Below, piece by piece: positions 20,274 to 33,056 of a stretch of DNA of 33,209 nt. A program made the translations under genes and the position numbers. The stretch comes from Perkinsus chesapeaki ATCC PRA-425 (Eukaryota > Protista > Perkinsozoa). The stretch is from NCBI GenBank assembly GCA_013115145.1, contig JAAPAO010000398.1:1-33209 (forward strand), given 5' to 3'. The notes under the pieces are model-generated. The model searched no databases and had not been told where the DNA came from. It saw only the letters and a program-made list of their open reading frames with translations. The stretch's first letter is position 1, and every line of letters begins with the position of its first letter.

Positions 20274-21598
20274 CTAAACGGATATTGGCATATACTTCAA
20301 GCTTGCCGGATCAGAAGAGTAGGCAGGGTCAATACGGTACTCGCACCAATGTTGGATGTGACCTTCTGTCAGGTAAGTGATAATATTCTTGATGTCGGTG
20401 TAAACCCGTATACTGTATCCAAATGTATCAGATGAGGTGCCAACCCATTGAGGTATCCCAGGATAATCAACAACATAGACTCCATCTCGTGCCAGCATTT
20501 CTTTAGCATAATTAGCATACCGATGTACTTGCGTAACCAGGTCTCTATGTGTGATATTTTTCTGCAGGAATGCAGATATTTTTGCCTCGGACTCCAACAG
20601 ACGAAGGCGGGTGATGTTAAATTTTGGCTGGGTCAAAATGCTGAAAGCGGCTCGAGTGCTTACTACCGCCAGCCAGCAAACTTACTCTGGATCAGCCTCA
20701 TCGATGGACATTGTAAATCTAAAGCCTTGTATTTCCAAGCTTTTACTCGTTGTGTTGTACATGAGTCCTAGGTCAGCACGACAGTAATCCTACAGAAGCA
20801 AACAGAGCATCCTCAATAATCAACATTCCCGACGGACAGTTAGGCTCACCCTCGTTTCCAGTCCCAAGTGAAGTACATCCCCACTGCTCGAATCTATTAT
20901 TGACTCTGTATCCGAGGAAATATTGTATATCATATCTTTCATTGAGTGGGTGAATCTCTCAATAATATGAGTTACCAAGTCTCGATGTGGCTTCTTCTTG
21001 TCGCTTCTTATGGCGAAGTCAGTTTTTTTTAAGTTTTCGATAATAATATCACCGATAGCAACATGATAGAGTACACGTGCCCCCCAGCTGAGTAAGAATG
21101 TCAATTCCTGACTCATCGAAGTGATTTCTACTTTTTTCTATCGCAATCCCAAAGAAACCATTCCAAGCTCGTAAGCCTGATGTCCTCCCTACCAGTATCC
21201 GGTGAAGTTCTGACAATGTGAAAGCCAAAAGTAACCTGGAAATTATCATCACAAATGTTGCTCATCACCCACATCCCCGGACTACGACTCATCCTCTTGC
21301 CAAAAGGAAATGCTGGCATTCAACAACTATCTTACATTCTCATGCCTGCCTCCAGAGAAAAAATTGAACTGCGCGGTCCGCCGCTCATCGGTTGAAGGTT
21401 GAGCCTTCCGGATTTTCTGGAACAAGTCAAGGGTCCCACTGTGCTCGGATACCCTTCTTGCCTCACATCGGTGCCTCCTATTAAGTTCAATACTGAATCC
21501 GTCTTCAGTGATCCAACCGAGTTAACTCGTCGAGGTTGGGACAGCAATAATAGGGCGATACAGATGACGCGGTGTTCTTTATTACCAAAGCTAATCAT
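20274..21598 (-). CDS. Hypothetical, possibly secreted, multi-exon protein with two HRDLVT-containing repeats
   Basis: Hydrophobic stretch VICIALLLLS near the N-terminus. In-frame exons around 21079-20850, 20750-20657 and 20640-20274 are joined by GT-AG introns. 5' exons are uncertain. Confidence 0.55.
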
Positions 21599-22037
21599 CA
21601 ACTCGAAAATCAACAAAATATCTAATGCACCCTTCCTCAGGAAATTGCAGCGAGTAGTTTTGGTGCTAGACCGGTGGAGAGGCTCCTTCCAACATCATCG
21701 ACGCCAGGTAGTGCAAGGTGAAACTATTACCACTATCATGAGTTACATGGATCTGTCGGGGTCTGACGCCCCTTCTATTGGTTACACTGGGGTCACTAGG
21801 AAAAGAGTAGGTACAGCAGCTAGGGTGTTGCTCTCCCGTGCTGGAGTGAATTGTCAAAGCAACAGCTACCAATACAGCTTTACGAGCGAGCTACTACTTC
21901 CCCTTAACTAGAAATTGGGGGACGGAATCTAACTGCGTTGTCGGGGAAATCGCGCTATCCATAATCGATCAGATGATCGATTATAGGCGCGCGCAGGGCA
22001 GGGCCTGGAGATATACATCCATCATAAACCTTAACTC

Positions 22038-22972
22038 ATGGCAGGTAATAATTAAAACGATTTTAGCTCCTCTCCCGTGGCTCTCTGCTCGCATTGGATT
22101 GACGCTAATGTACCTGGCTTTATTGGTGTTCCTTTATTCTCAGATCGCGGTGGATTCGGCACTGGTTTCGGCGGCAAAGGCAAGGGCCGCGGCAAAGGAA
22201 AGGGCAAGGGAGGAAAGGGCAAGGGCCGCAAGGGCAAGGGAGGCGAGAAGGAGTGGGTCCCCTACACCAAGCTCGGCCGATTAGTAAAAGAGAACAAGAT
22301 AACCTCTATTGAGGAGGTCTATCTTCACTCTCTCCCCATTAAGGAGTATCAGATCGTCGATGCTCTCTTTGCCCCTGGCGTTCTCAAGGAGGAGGTAATT
22401 TACTATCATTTAATAAACTGAGTTATGTCGTGTCTTAGGTTATGAAGATTATGCCTGTACAGAAGCAGACTACTGCCGGTCAACGTACCCGTTTCAAGGC
22501 CTTCGTCGCCATCGGTGATGAGAACGGTCACGTCGGTCTCGGAGTCAAGGCCGCCAAGGAGGTCGCCACTGCCATTCGTGGTGCTATCATGGCCGCCAAG
22601 CTCACTCTTATCCCTGTCCGTCGTGGCTACTGGGGTAACAAGCTCGGTGAGCCCCATACCGTGCCCATGAAGGTCACCGGCAAGTGCGGTTCCGTCGCGG
22701 TCCGTCTCATTCCCGCCCCTCGCGGTACCCATATAGTCGGTGCTCCCGCCTCCAAGAAGCTCATCGCCTTCGCTGGTATCAAGGATTGCTTCACATGCAG
22801 TACTGGTCATACCAGAACTAAGGGTAACTTCCTCAAGGCTACCTTCAACGCCCTCCAGGCCACCTACGGCTACTTGACGCCCGATCTTTGGATGGAGCAG
22901 CTCCCCGCTCAGAGCCCCATGCAGCAGTGGTCCGACTTCCTTGCCTCCAGCAAGGGTATTAAGATGCAGTAA
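22038..22972 (+). CDS. RPS2: 40S ribosomal protein S2 (uS5), exons 22038-22044, 22144-22394, 22439-22972
   Basis: [64 protein letters not shown] and LIPAPRGT. Confidence 0.97.
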
Positions 22973-23589
22973 ACTAGTGCGATTTAGTACGTATGTTTGA
23001 TTGTGTCTTAAGTTGGGTTATTATAATTGCATCACCACCGACGGCAGCGGCGCCGATTCAAGTCTCGCCTGCAGTTGAGGAGAAGGTTTCAATATACTTG
23101 TTATTGTGTTTAAGTGTTAATAGTGATTGTTATCCTCTGATGGATGCTGGCATTGGGAGAGGATCATCTGGATATATTGTAGGTCTTCTGGTCGATTACG
23201 GCAAGATAAGGGTCGGTTGTTTTCATCGGGCCTCGTCTTGGGTATAGATGATGTCTTTGCTTTGGGTAAGTTGTAGACTGCGTTGGTTCAAGTAATGGAT
23301 AGTTTGGTGTGAAGTGGTGGGGGAATCGATTGGCTTCATTTTCTATATTGTAATAGGTGTCTTGTAAAGCCAGTTTGGGTCAACTGGTGACCGGAGGAGC
23401 GGATTAGCCTGCCGAACATTTCCTGTCGTTTCTGCTGGCCTGGTACTACCTTACTGTATATGAGCAATCGTCGTAATCAGTCCTCTTTAATTATTCACAA
23501 TTCGACTGGGTGTTTACTAACACATTACTTTCTACCGATTGCTTGTTCGATTAGATACTCCGGGTTAAGGTTTTATTATTTTTTATCCA

Positions 23590-26500
23590 ATGTCGGCTAT
23601 GTTGGCCACCAATCGTTGGGCTCCGTCGGTCACTCAAGCGCTTCGGTATAGGTCGTTATTATCATGCATGATGTTGAGATCACCAGGAGTAGCAGTATCT
23701 AGAAGGATGTTCTCAAGCTCGGGCGAAGCGGTAGGACTAAACTACATAGGTTGCTGCTGTTTATGAGAATGACTGAGGAGGTGATGTTATAAATTGGTAT
23801 TATAAAATCCAGTCGTTGGTTGTATTTCGTAGCTCTTGACCGGGTCTTTGTTGTTAACAACGCTACGGTCGACTACGGTTGTGTGGATCACCGTTGTATT
23901 TATATTACAGAGGGTAGAGAATGCACTAGTCTGCAGTAGTAATAATTAAAGTGCTGTAGGCTATGGATGCCATTATGGAGATGAGGCGTACATACCTGTT
24001 CAGGTACCATTGGGTAAGGTACGTAATGTAGCTATAATAGCACATGTTGACCATGGCAAGACTACGCTGGTCGACACTCTTCTGAGGCAGACGATGCAGG
24101 GTAATGAGTATTAAAGGAGGAAAAGTTGACTTTGAAATACGCATTACAGTATTCGATAAAATGCTGGAATTTTTTGGAAGACTTTTTCATTGTATTCGAA
24201 TTCAGTGTAACATTGGTGGTTTATATCGTTGATGCCGGCGGGGAATTAGGTTGCCTATCGCTGGGAGAGCGCGCTTGATGCTCGAATCCGATGGCGCCTC
24301 TCTTCGCATCTGACAACCTGGAGAGATTCGTGACGGAGGCCCTCGAAGGATATTTTATTGTGCTTTTGAATTCTAGCGCGCCAGTAAATTGAGGGGTGGA
24401 CTCTTGTTCACAGTTGGTAGATTGTGCAGAACTAGTTGCTTCCGTTTTCCAGCGACACTTGCGAATATTAACTTTAAAAGTCGGCGGGTCGATCATTGCG
24501 TATCTTTAGATGGTGACAAGATGAGTGGCTCAATGGACTGCAATGAGTTGGAGATGGAGCGCGGTATCACTATCCTGTCCAAAGTCACCCGACTCGAATG
24601 GAAAGGTGCGCAGCTTCGTCGTCGTTGTTGGTGCGTGGTTTGGTGGACGTTCCCCGCTGTAGGGCATGTTTTAAATATCGTGGATACTCCTGGGCATGCC
24701 GACTTCGGTGGGGAAGTGGAACGTGTTATGAGCATGGTTGATGGAGTTGTATTATTGGTGGATATAGTACAAGGGCCAAGGACACAGACGAAGTAGTGCT
24801 CATTGGGCTGGAGGGGATAATCGATTGTTGTGGATAAAAACTAGTAGAGGAGGCACGCTTGGGATGAGAGAGCAAAGCGGTGTAGGGTGGAAGGCATTGC
24901 GGAAGGGTTTGAGCGACTGGGCAACTTTGATCTCCTCCTTTCTGTGAAGGATAGTACCAATTGTCGTATGAATGTTTACCAGGTTTGTCCTCCAGAAAGC
25001 GTTGGCTCTACCTCATGTACAACCAATAGTGGTTATTAATAAGGCGGATAGGACAACAGACAGATCTCAGGATCAGATAGAGACGGAAGTGAGTTAGGAG
25101 AGGGGCAGAGGTGCAATGAAACTCAGCATGCCTGACCACGTGAGGAGTGCAATGGCTTGTTGGAAATTGAGCGCTTCCTCTTGGGTATGCTCGACTATCA
25201 TCTGCTCTGTGCCTGTAAACTCGATTTACAGTCGTTTTCTGTTCATTTTTTCGGATAATTTCTCGTAAGTAGAGAGGGAGGGAAGTGTCCCGGATAGTGT
25301 TCCAATATGGACGGGGATCTGGGAGGACTTTCTCCAGAGAAGAAACTTGCAAGTTTAATAAGGAAGTTCAGGGTCGAATAGGGAGAGTGAAACAGGAGGC
25401 GTTTTTGTGTTGTCAGATATTCGACCTCTTCTGTTCGCTGAATGCCACAGAGCAACAATTAGACTATCGCACAATGTACGCCAGTGCGAGGGACGGATGG
25501 GCTGTCACGGACTATGCCGATATAAAGGACGAGAGCAAGCGACAGAATTGGTATGGCCGGTTGGTGACATCGGTGAGTCTGGACGCTTGTGCTTAGTTAC
25601 TGCATACTGGACTCGATAGTCGACCTTATTAAACCGCCGATCGAAACTCGGACCGAACAAAATGGAGATAAGTTTTCGATGCTTGTAACGACGATCGAGA
25701 AGGTAGTGTGGAAGGGCTGTTGTTGTTGTTTGGTGGGGGTTGGATGGGTAGGGGTTGTGTTTCAGCCTCCCTCGACGATGAATCTTTCATGGACCAGCAC
25801 GGGGAAGATATACTCTGGTGCGATAAAGAAGGGAGAACATGTAGTGTTCGGGCGGATATAGAACGATACGTTGTATTGAAAGCACGTGCATTCTCGCATT
25901 TGGATCATAAAAGAGGCTTCAGCTACTAGCGCGGTATCGCGAATGGGAATTGTATTTATATCGAAGGTAGGCTTGGCAATATTAGTAGCTCCTAGAGGCT
26001 GCAATCATCCGGTATTTACGTCTGAGCTAGGATGAATCACACTTACAACCACGCCGCCTTATTACGGATCCGTATTTGACCGTGAAGGTATATATTAAAT
26101 CACCGGAGGGCAATGTGATCGCTAAGGAGAAAGTAAGGGAACTTACAGTGATGAAGGGTCTTAATCGGGAGGTAGGAAAACGGTAGTCCGAAGCTGCGTG
26201 ATAGGCTGCGACTGTCAGATTGTTAAGTCGGCTGCAACTGGTGATATTGTTGCTATCACGTTGGGTGGGAATGTAATACCGTCGGTGGCGGACACTATAT
26301 GTTCGGCACAAGACGTGGAGCCAATTCCTAGCATACCTATTGGTAGGAGGGCGGGTGGTGAGGGGATTGGAAGCATTCTTCTTGGGATCGATATTTACCG
26401 GCTTCATTGTGCATTGCCTACGCGGGTGCTGCTGCTGCAGATCCGCCTGTGATGTCGTTGAAGCTGTCGGTTAACACGAGCCCATTGGCTGGTAAGGATG

Positions 26501-28115
26501 GGAAGTTCCTGACGATTGAAGCCATGTGGAAGAGACTGGTGCGAGAGACGACTAATAATGTTGCGATAAAGGTGATGACAAATGAGGCGTTGTAGAGGGG
26601 TTGTATAGCACTAGCCCAGCAGTATGAGCTCGATGCTATGAAGGGCTGTTACCGTGTGCGACAAGTCTCCTTAATTATCTTATTATTATATATTACATAA
26701 TAATATTACTCTGCCAAGTTCAAATTCATAGGTTGAATTCGGATTGTCTGCGATTACTTCCGACATATCAGTTTTAGGCGGAGCGGACTCCGGAGAAGGA
26801 CGGTCTGATAGTTAAAGGAAGAGGGGAACTGCAGCTGTCAATCTTGGCTGAACAAATGCGTCGAGAGGTCTGTCTGCATCGCTCCGCTTGGAAGATTATT
26901 CACATATTCAGGGGTTCGAGATGACTGTGAGTCAACCGACGGTTGTGACTCGAGTGGTGGATGGAGAGAAGCAGGAGCCCTATGAAGAGGTGATAGAGTG
27001 AGGGGACTGTTGGCATAGGTCGTCCGTTAACAACGTTAACTTTTGTCAATACGAATGAGCGGTATAGAACATTCTGGGCAGCGGCAGCATGCCCGGGCGA
27101 GATATTATATTCAAAGCGGTTGGGCCACCTCTGGGCCAGATGCTCTGGCAGCGGTTCAGAACCGCCGGTTTTTTTAGCCGACGGCTACCTGGCGTGGCTT
27201 GGCTGAAGTTACTCCGACCGATTTTTACTCTGGTTATTAGGTTGTCATTCTTGCTGATAATGAGCTGGCGAGTATCTTCGCCGACAAGCTGGCTTCAAGA
27301 GGAGGAGAGCTCACGGAACTTGTCCCGCAGAAAGGGAATGAATCGCTGTTAAAGGCTGTTATAAGTTCCAGGAATCTTATGGTGATTTCTCGTTCGATCA
27401 ATCTCGCCATCTGTTCTTATCTGTCAGGGATTCCGAACATATGTCCGAGAGAAGTCTCAAGGGAAAGCAGTGATGATGTCGACGTTGGTGGGTTTCAAGA
27501 AGTGGCAAAAATCCATACCATCGAATAGGGACAGGGTGAGCCTGTGTTGGTAGGAACTTCCTATTGCCAGGTTTGACAGGTGTTGATCTCGGCTGGTCAG
27601 GGGATCTGTACGGAGCATGACTTGGTCCATATGTCGCATAAAGGTGAATTAACTCGGTAAGTTAGTTGGGACTTTCAGCAGCAGGTACATTGTTCGTCAA
27701 ACCGAATGATCAAGTTTACGTCGGCCAGATAATCGGGGTCCATAATGGTGATCAAGAGCTAGATATGAACCCCACCAAGGGTAGGGTAATCGTTCGGGTA
27801 TTCGAGGCAATTAGAGCTGGATGTCTCCGCTTCGGGCGATCGCTGTGTGGATTTTGGTCAGGCAAGAGAGAGCAGGAGATACGGCGGAAAAATAAAGAAA
27901 TCAAGGAGGTCCTGCCGCCACACAAACCGTTTACGTTGGATGAAGCTCTTGGGTTCATCGAGGAGGATGAGTGTGTGGAGATAACGCCTCATAGATTGGC
28001 GATACGAAAAAAGTAAGTTTGTGAGGTAGAGTAACTGCTGACGGAGGCATTCCATATCAGTGTGCTCGATCCTGGTCTGAGAAAGTCGCAGAAAAGGAAA
28101 GAAGGCAAAAACTGA
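23590..28115 (+). CDS. typA: TypA/BipA translational GTPase, multi-exon, with a probable mitochondrial presequence (start approximate)
   Basis: [83 protein letters not shown] and [20 protein letters not shown]. Confidence 0.93.
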
Positions 28116-28883
28116 GGCTATCATACTTCGCATGGTTGTGCTTATGTTTCAAAGCGTTTCTGAAAGTTGCTACTGTGGCGTTGTATGTTAAGTAACCGAT
28201 TCTCATCACACGAACGTCTCTCTTTGATGCCCTTGTGTAGAAGGCCAGAGCAGTAGGCTCGGAGAGAAACTTTACCGAACCAACTTTTGTGAGAGCCTCT
28301 TATGAATAGCCACGTCACGGAGCTCCAATTCGCACAAACTTCGATCCTCTTGACCTTCATTGACCTCTCACAAGGCTTCTTCGACGCATGAGCTCACGAG
28401 ACAATAAAGCTGTCCGCAGCTAAAGTGGGTCTTTGACGGGAATTTGAAGTGATGCTCGTCAAATTAATTCATTATACAAGATACGAAAGGAACCACCCGG
28501 AACCCCAGATCAATAAGGAACGGTCGTCGATACATGGCTTGTGGCATGACTAGCGTCTCGAGGAAGACTCAAAGTTGGGCTTCAGTGCAAGTGGCGCTGT
28601 TCTATGCAGTCGGCGCCACACCTCCTCACTGCAGAATGCTCTCAGCGGTGTGCTTCAATAAGTCTCACGCAGGCTCGTGATAAATCACGGATGCCGGTGA
28701 TACCTGATGGCCTTACGGGCCGTAAGTCACGGCTCCTATCGGCCATCACCAAAGCAGTGTTGCACACAAGCAGGGTCAACAACGTCGGGTCCATTGTGGA
28801 GCCGAGGAGCACAAAGCTGCGCCCAAGACCTTTGTCGTCGACCACTTTCCCTGCTTTAGCGGCGAGCTCTGATATTGAAAGAT

Positions 28884-30130
28884 ATGACATTACATGCGCT
28901 GCTGCTCTTCTTATTGGGTCATGCCTCCACAACTCCCACTAACCGTACACTGATTATGGTTGAGCATGGCGGCAAGGCCTTGGATTGCCGCCAATTGCCA
29001 AATATGGCGGCGAGGGCTTTTGGAACATCTCGCCGCTTAACAGATGAAGATCGCATGTTCGAGAATTGTCTTCTGAACGATGACATGGTCGAGGATCTCT
29101 CCGCTATTGGTGTACAAATCATTAACTCCAATTGTCCGGCTACTACAGACCAAATCTCTAACTATATGAAGAATGTACATGATGCTTTGGACGTTGTCAG
29201 CATTGTCGAACCTGATAGAGAGCTATTCCTTTATACAACACCGGAACACTTTTCACTTCGCCGAACCCAAGCCGACTGTGGACCAAATCCAAGGCTCGAC
29301 ACTAATGACCCGCTATCCTCATGCCAGCCTAGTCTGGAACTGATCGACATTGCTAGTGCGTGGGAAAAGATCAAAAATCCCGATAAAGCCAAGCCTATAA
29401 AAGAAGTTGTAGTTGCTGTTATTGACAGTGGCATCGACCCTAACCACCCCGATCTTGTGAATCAGTTGTGGAGGAATCCCAAAGACGGTTCTGTTGGTTA
29501 TAACTTCATCAACAATGACAATGATCCAACTGACGATAATGGCCATGGTACACACTGCGCGGGAGTGATAGCCGCTGAGACTAATAACGGTATTGGTGTG
29601 GCAAGTGTTGCCGGAGCCCTCGGTGTTAAAGTCATGGCCTTGAAGTTCCTCGGTAGTTATGGCTCAGGCAGCACTGCTGATGCACTACGTGCACTCAACT
29701 TCGCGATTGAGAATGGCGCTCAAGTGTCCTCCAATTCCTATGGTAGTCGCGCTGCTAGCGACATCTTTCAACAAGCCATTGCTAATGCTGCAGCTCGTGG
29801 ACATATTTTCGTTGCTGCTGCTGGTAATGACGGTGCATCGGTAGATATCTCACCTACATACCCTTGTGTCTACACTAAAGATGTTCCTTCTATGCTCTGC
29901 GTCGCAGCCACAACATCGGGTCCAAATACACCGGTGGCCCTCGTGGAAACTACCAGCGCCTGAGTGGAACGTCGATGGCCACGCCACATGTGGCCGCTGT
30001 GACAGCTATTCTGGCCTCGTTGGGACTTGAAGGTCAGGATATCACTAATGCCATCATTCAAGGTGGGGGAGAAGTGTCCGACTCCAACATTCCGTTGCTT
30101 AATGCCGCGGAATCAATTCTGGAAGCATAA
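28884..30130 (+). pseudogene. Subtilisin-like (S8) serine protease, intronless, with an internal deletion and frameshift before the catalytic Ser
   Basis: Signal peptide, IDSG (Asp), GHGTHCAG (His) and AAGND are in frame 1, which stops at 29961-29963. SGTSMATPHVA starts at 29963 in another frame that runs to TAA at 30128-30130. Confidence 0.8.
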
Positions 30131-31831
30131 TTTTGTGTCTAATGTATATGCTAACAATTGTCGAATAGCTCATTGTAATGCGTTCGACTGTCGACCCTTT
30201 TGATATGTCAGTCCGTGATAAGCTCTGGGTTCTTATTATCCCATAAACTGTCTCAACTTGTCTAGTCCAAATGATCGTTGTCCTGTAGTTGTACAGAGAC
30301 AGCAAGACCAGTGTGATTACGAGGCTTGTACGCGCTGCAGCGCATCGAGAACTTTTTCATTTTGAGAGCTTAATGGCTCAGAGTTCAGTCCAAAGTGGCA
30401 ATGTAACGATACCTGAGTCAAATAGAACCTCATCAAGGTCGTCTGAAGAGGGCATTATGCCGAGTGCGGTGACAGCATCCAACGCAAAGCACGGGTACGC
30501 TCGAGCATGAAAACACATGAAGTGTCACAGAGACAAAGACAGGGTATTCTTTATGGAACTGCAGCATCTCATCGGCGGAACATCACTCTCCATCTTGTTA
30601 GTTTTGCGTGATGTTCGAAATCAAAGATGTCTGGAGTTTCATTAGTTACTCAACCCCATTCATTGAGACACGTTCTTAGCTAATGCCTATATCACATAGG
30701 CTATGTATTCAGCTTATAAGTTGATAAGCGGGGTGATTCAACCCGCTTTGGAGACCACACAAGTTCTTGCACCGTTCCATCAATGTGTAGTTCCAGACTG
30801 CAACCTCTAGTTCGCAACCCGGACATGGGCTCAACCAGCAGGAGACCTTTTCGGCCGTCTGCCTCTGTCACGCGTGGCTGTGCTTCCCATGGAATCTACT
30901 GAGATCGATGTTCAAAACAATACAAAAACATTCGATGAGAAACTAACCTGAATGCCAAATTGGTATCTTCGTGCAACCACATGAACTGTCTACCCTAAGA
31001 GACTGCTGTTCCAAGAAGCATGCAACACCGCGCGCGTTTACTCGGGCCCCATTCCTGTGGTTCCTTCGACGTCGAGTTACATAGCAGAACTCCTCGATGA
31101 CTCGCGATATTCTATACAGCGCTCAGCGCTGTATTGCTATAATTTATAGCAGTAATTAATGATGATTTAGTATATTCATGCAATTTTTGCGATTCATTCT
31201 GATGATTATGCCAAATCTTATGGGGAGGAGAGATGATAAGACTCTGTACGTTGTCATATCCATGATGCAATTATCGCCATGGCCCGAAACTGAACCGTTT
31301 CGGATTCTCTCTCATTCAGTATATCTATTGTATGATCGTGTCGGTATATCTCTCACTACTACTAATATCACTATCTGCACTATTCTATATCATGGCTGCA
31401 TCGAGTTCCAGTAACACAGAAGACCAGCAGTTCCTTAACAGCAGCTTCGAGTGTTGAGGGTTGATTGTTGGATTAATGCAATGTCAAGAGGATAATGAAG
31501 AGACTTAGCTTGAAATGGTGAACTATGCGAGAGTTACCCGACGCTAGGCCGGAGATACTCCCCGAAATGTTACAAAATAAGGGACAGGTCCACTTATCGA
31601 AGCGAAGAAGACAACACAATTCTCATCATCTTTCTGGATTATATAACATCCACAGAGCAAGTACCCCGGTGTCCGTGAGGCGTCCGCCGACGCCCCAGCC
31701 ATCCTGTCCCGAAAGCCAATGTCCATGCGACTTCATGCATCGAATACTTTTTGAACTCGGAAATAGCTTATTAGAAACAATGGAGATTACAACGTTTCTG
31801 GTTTATTGACGTTTGGTAAAGGAGCCATCTC

Positions 31832-33056
31832 CTAACGACGACCACCCTTTCTCTTCTTGCCACCTTGAATGTTGAGAAGCTCCACGTCGAAGACGAGGTC
31901 AGAATTCGGGGGAATGGCAGGAGGGGCACCACCGCGGCCATAAGCCAGATGAGCAGGAATGAATAGTTTACGGACCTGAAACAGATGAGCATGCGTGCAG
32001 GATTCGGTGAAACCGTCATTATTGTTACCTCCCCAACTTGCATGCCCTTCACTGACATATCCCAACCCTTGATGACCTCGCCCATTCCAACACGGAAGTC
32101 AATGGTCCCCTTGTCGAACTGCTTCCCGTTCTTAGCCAACCGACCGGCGTACTTCACCTATATATATAACTTTCCATCGAAGGGTCCCCTAACTTATCTC
32201 TCACCTTGGCCGTCTTTCCAGCTGGGCAAGGAATACCACCATGGCCAGCACGGATGACCTCGTACTTGAGGCCACCAGGCAAAGTTTTAGTGCGAACCGC
32301 GGCCTCCTGCTCCTTCTTTTGCTCCTGTTTCTTGGAAGGCTCCTCCTTCTTCTCGATGGTCTTCTGGACCTCCTTCATCTCAGCCTTCTTTTCGGACTTC
32401 TTGGCGGGGCTCTTCTGTTGAGGCTTCTTCTCAGCCTTCTTGGGGCCTAAAATCACCAAGTGAGGGGAACGAACCAACGACCTGCCGATAGCGAGCGTCA
32501 CCCTTTAACCTCCAAACTGTGATGACCTCTTACTACCAGCAATAGGCTCCTCAGTGATCTCCTCGAACTTCCCATCATCCTCTTCCTCCTCTTCCTCCTC
32601 ATCAACATCAGACTCCTACATTGATAACCGTCCATCCCCCCAGCCAACACGCTCCTACTACTACCATAGCAACAGGAATAGGGCCATCGAAGTCCTCCTC
32701 CTCATCATCTATGTCACTCTCATCCTCCTCCATTCCCTCTGGAAGGCCGATGTTGCCGGATATAGTAATCTCACCACCTGAACTCCATCAAGTTCGACAG
32801 AGTCCCACGCGTCTTGACTACCCTCCGCGGTGAAAACGACATCCTCCTCGAAGTCGAGGCCGAGCTGTACGTTGGGCTGGGCATCGCTGAGGCGAGCTAT
32901 CATGAACTTATCCTCGCCATCGGTTGACACGAAAAGCTTGGCGTGTTTCTGGGAGCCCGAAAGGACAACATTGAGGAGCTCCAAAGTGGCGCCTTCAAGA
33001 GACTCGGAGCTTATCTCTAGCGGCTTGCCAGGGACGATCTTCTCAGCCCAGAACAT
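31832..33056 (-). CDS. Nucleoplasmin-like (NPL) domain FKBP peptidyl-prolyl isomerase (Fpr3/Fpr4/FKBP53-type histone chaperone)
   Basis: N-terminus [12 protein letters not shown]..., an acidic tract and a Lys-rich linker precede the FKBP core YAGRL...GEVIKGWD...GMQVGE|[13 protein letters not shown]...[14 protein letters not shown]. The tail is basic. Confidence 0.9.

Noticed and set aside
22406-22810. Minus-strand ORF over RPS2, and similar ORFs over the subtilisin and FKBP genes
   Set aside because: Shadow frames of codon-biased genes.
25157-25205. Cyclin-like peptide [16 protein letters not shown] in a TypA intron
   Set aside because: Short, bounded by stops and with no other cyclin features.
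29938-29963. Programmed frameshift or tiny intron rescuing the subtilisin
   Set aside because: The only frame-restoring GT-AG is 23 nt, and neither route restores the missing FSNxG-APG segment.
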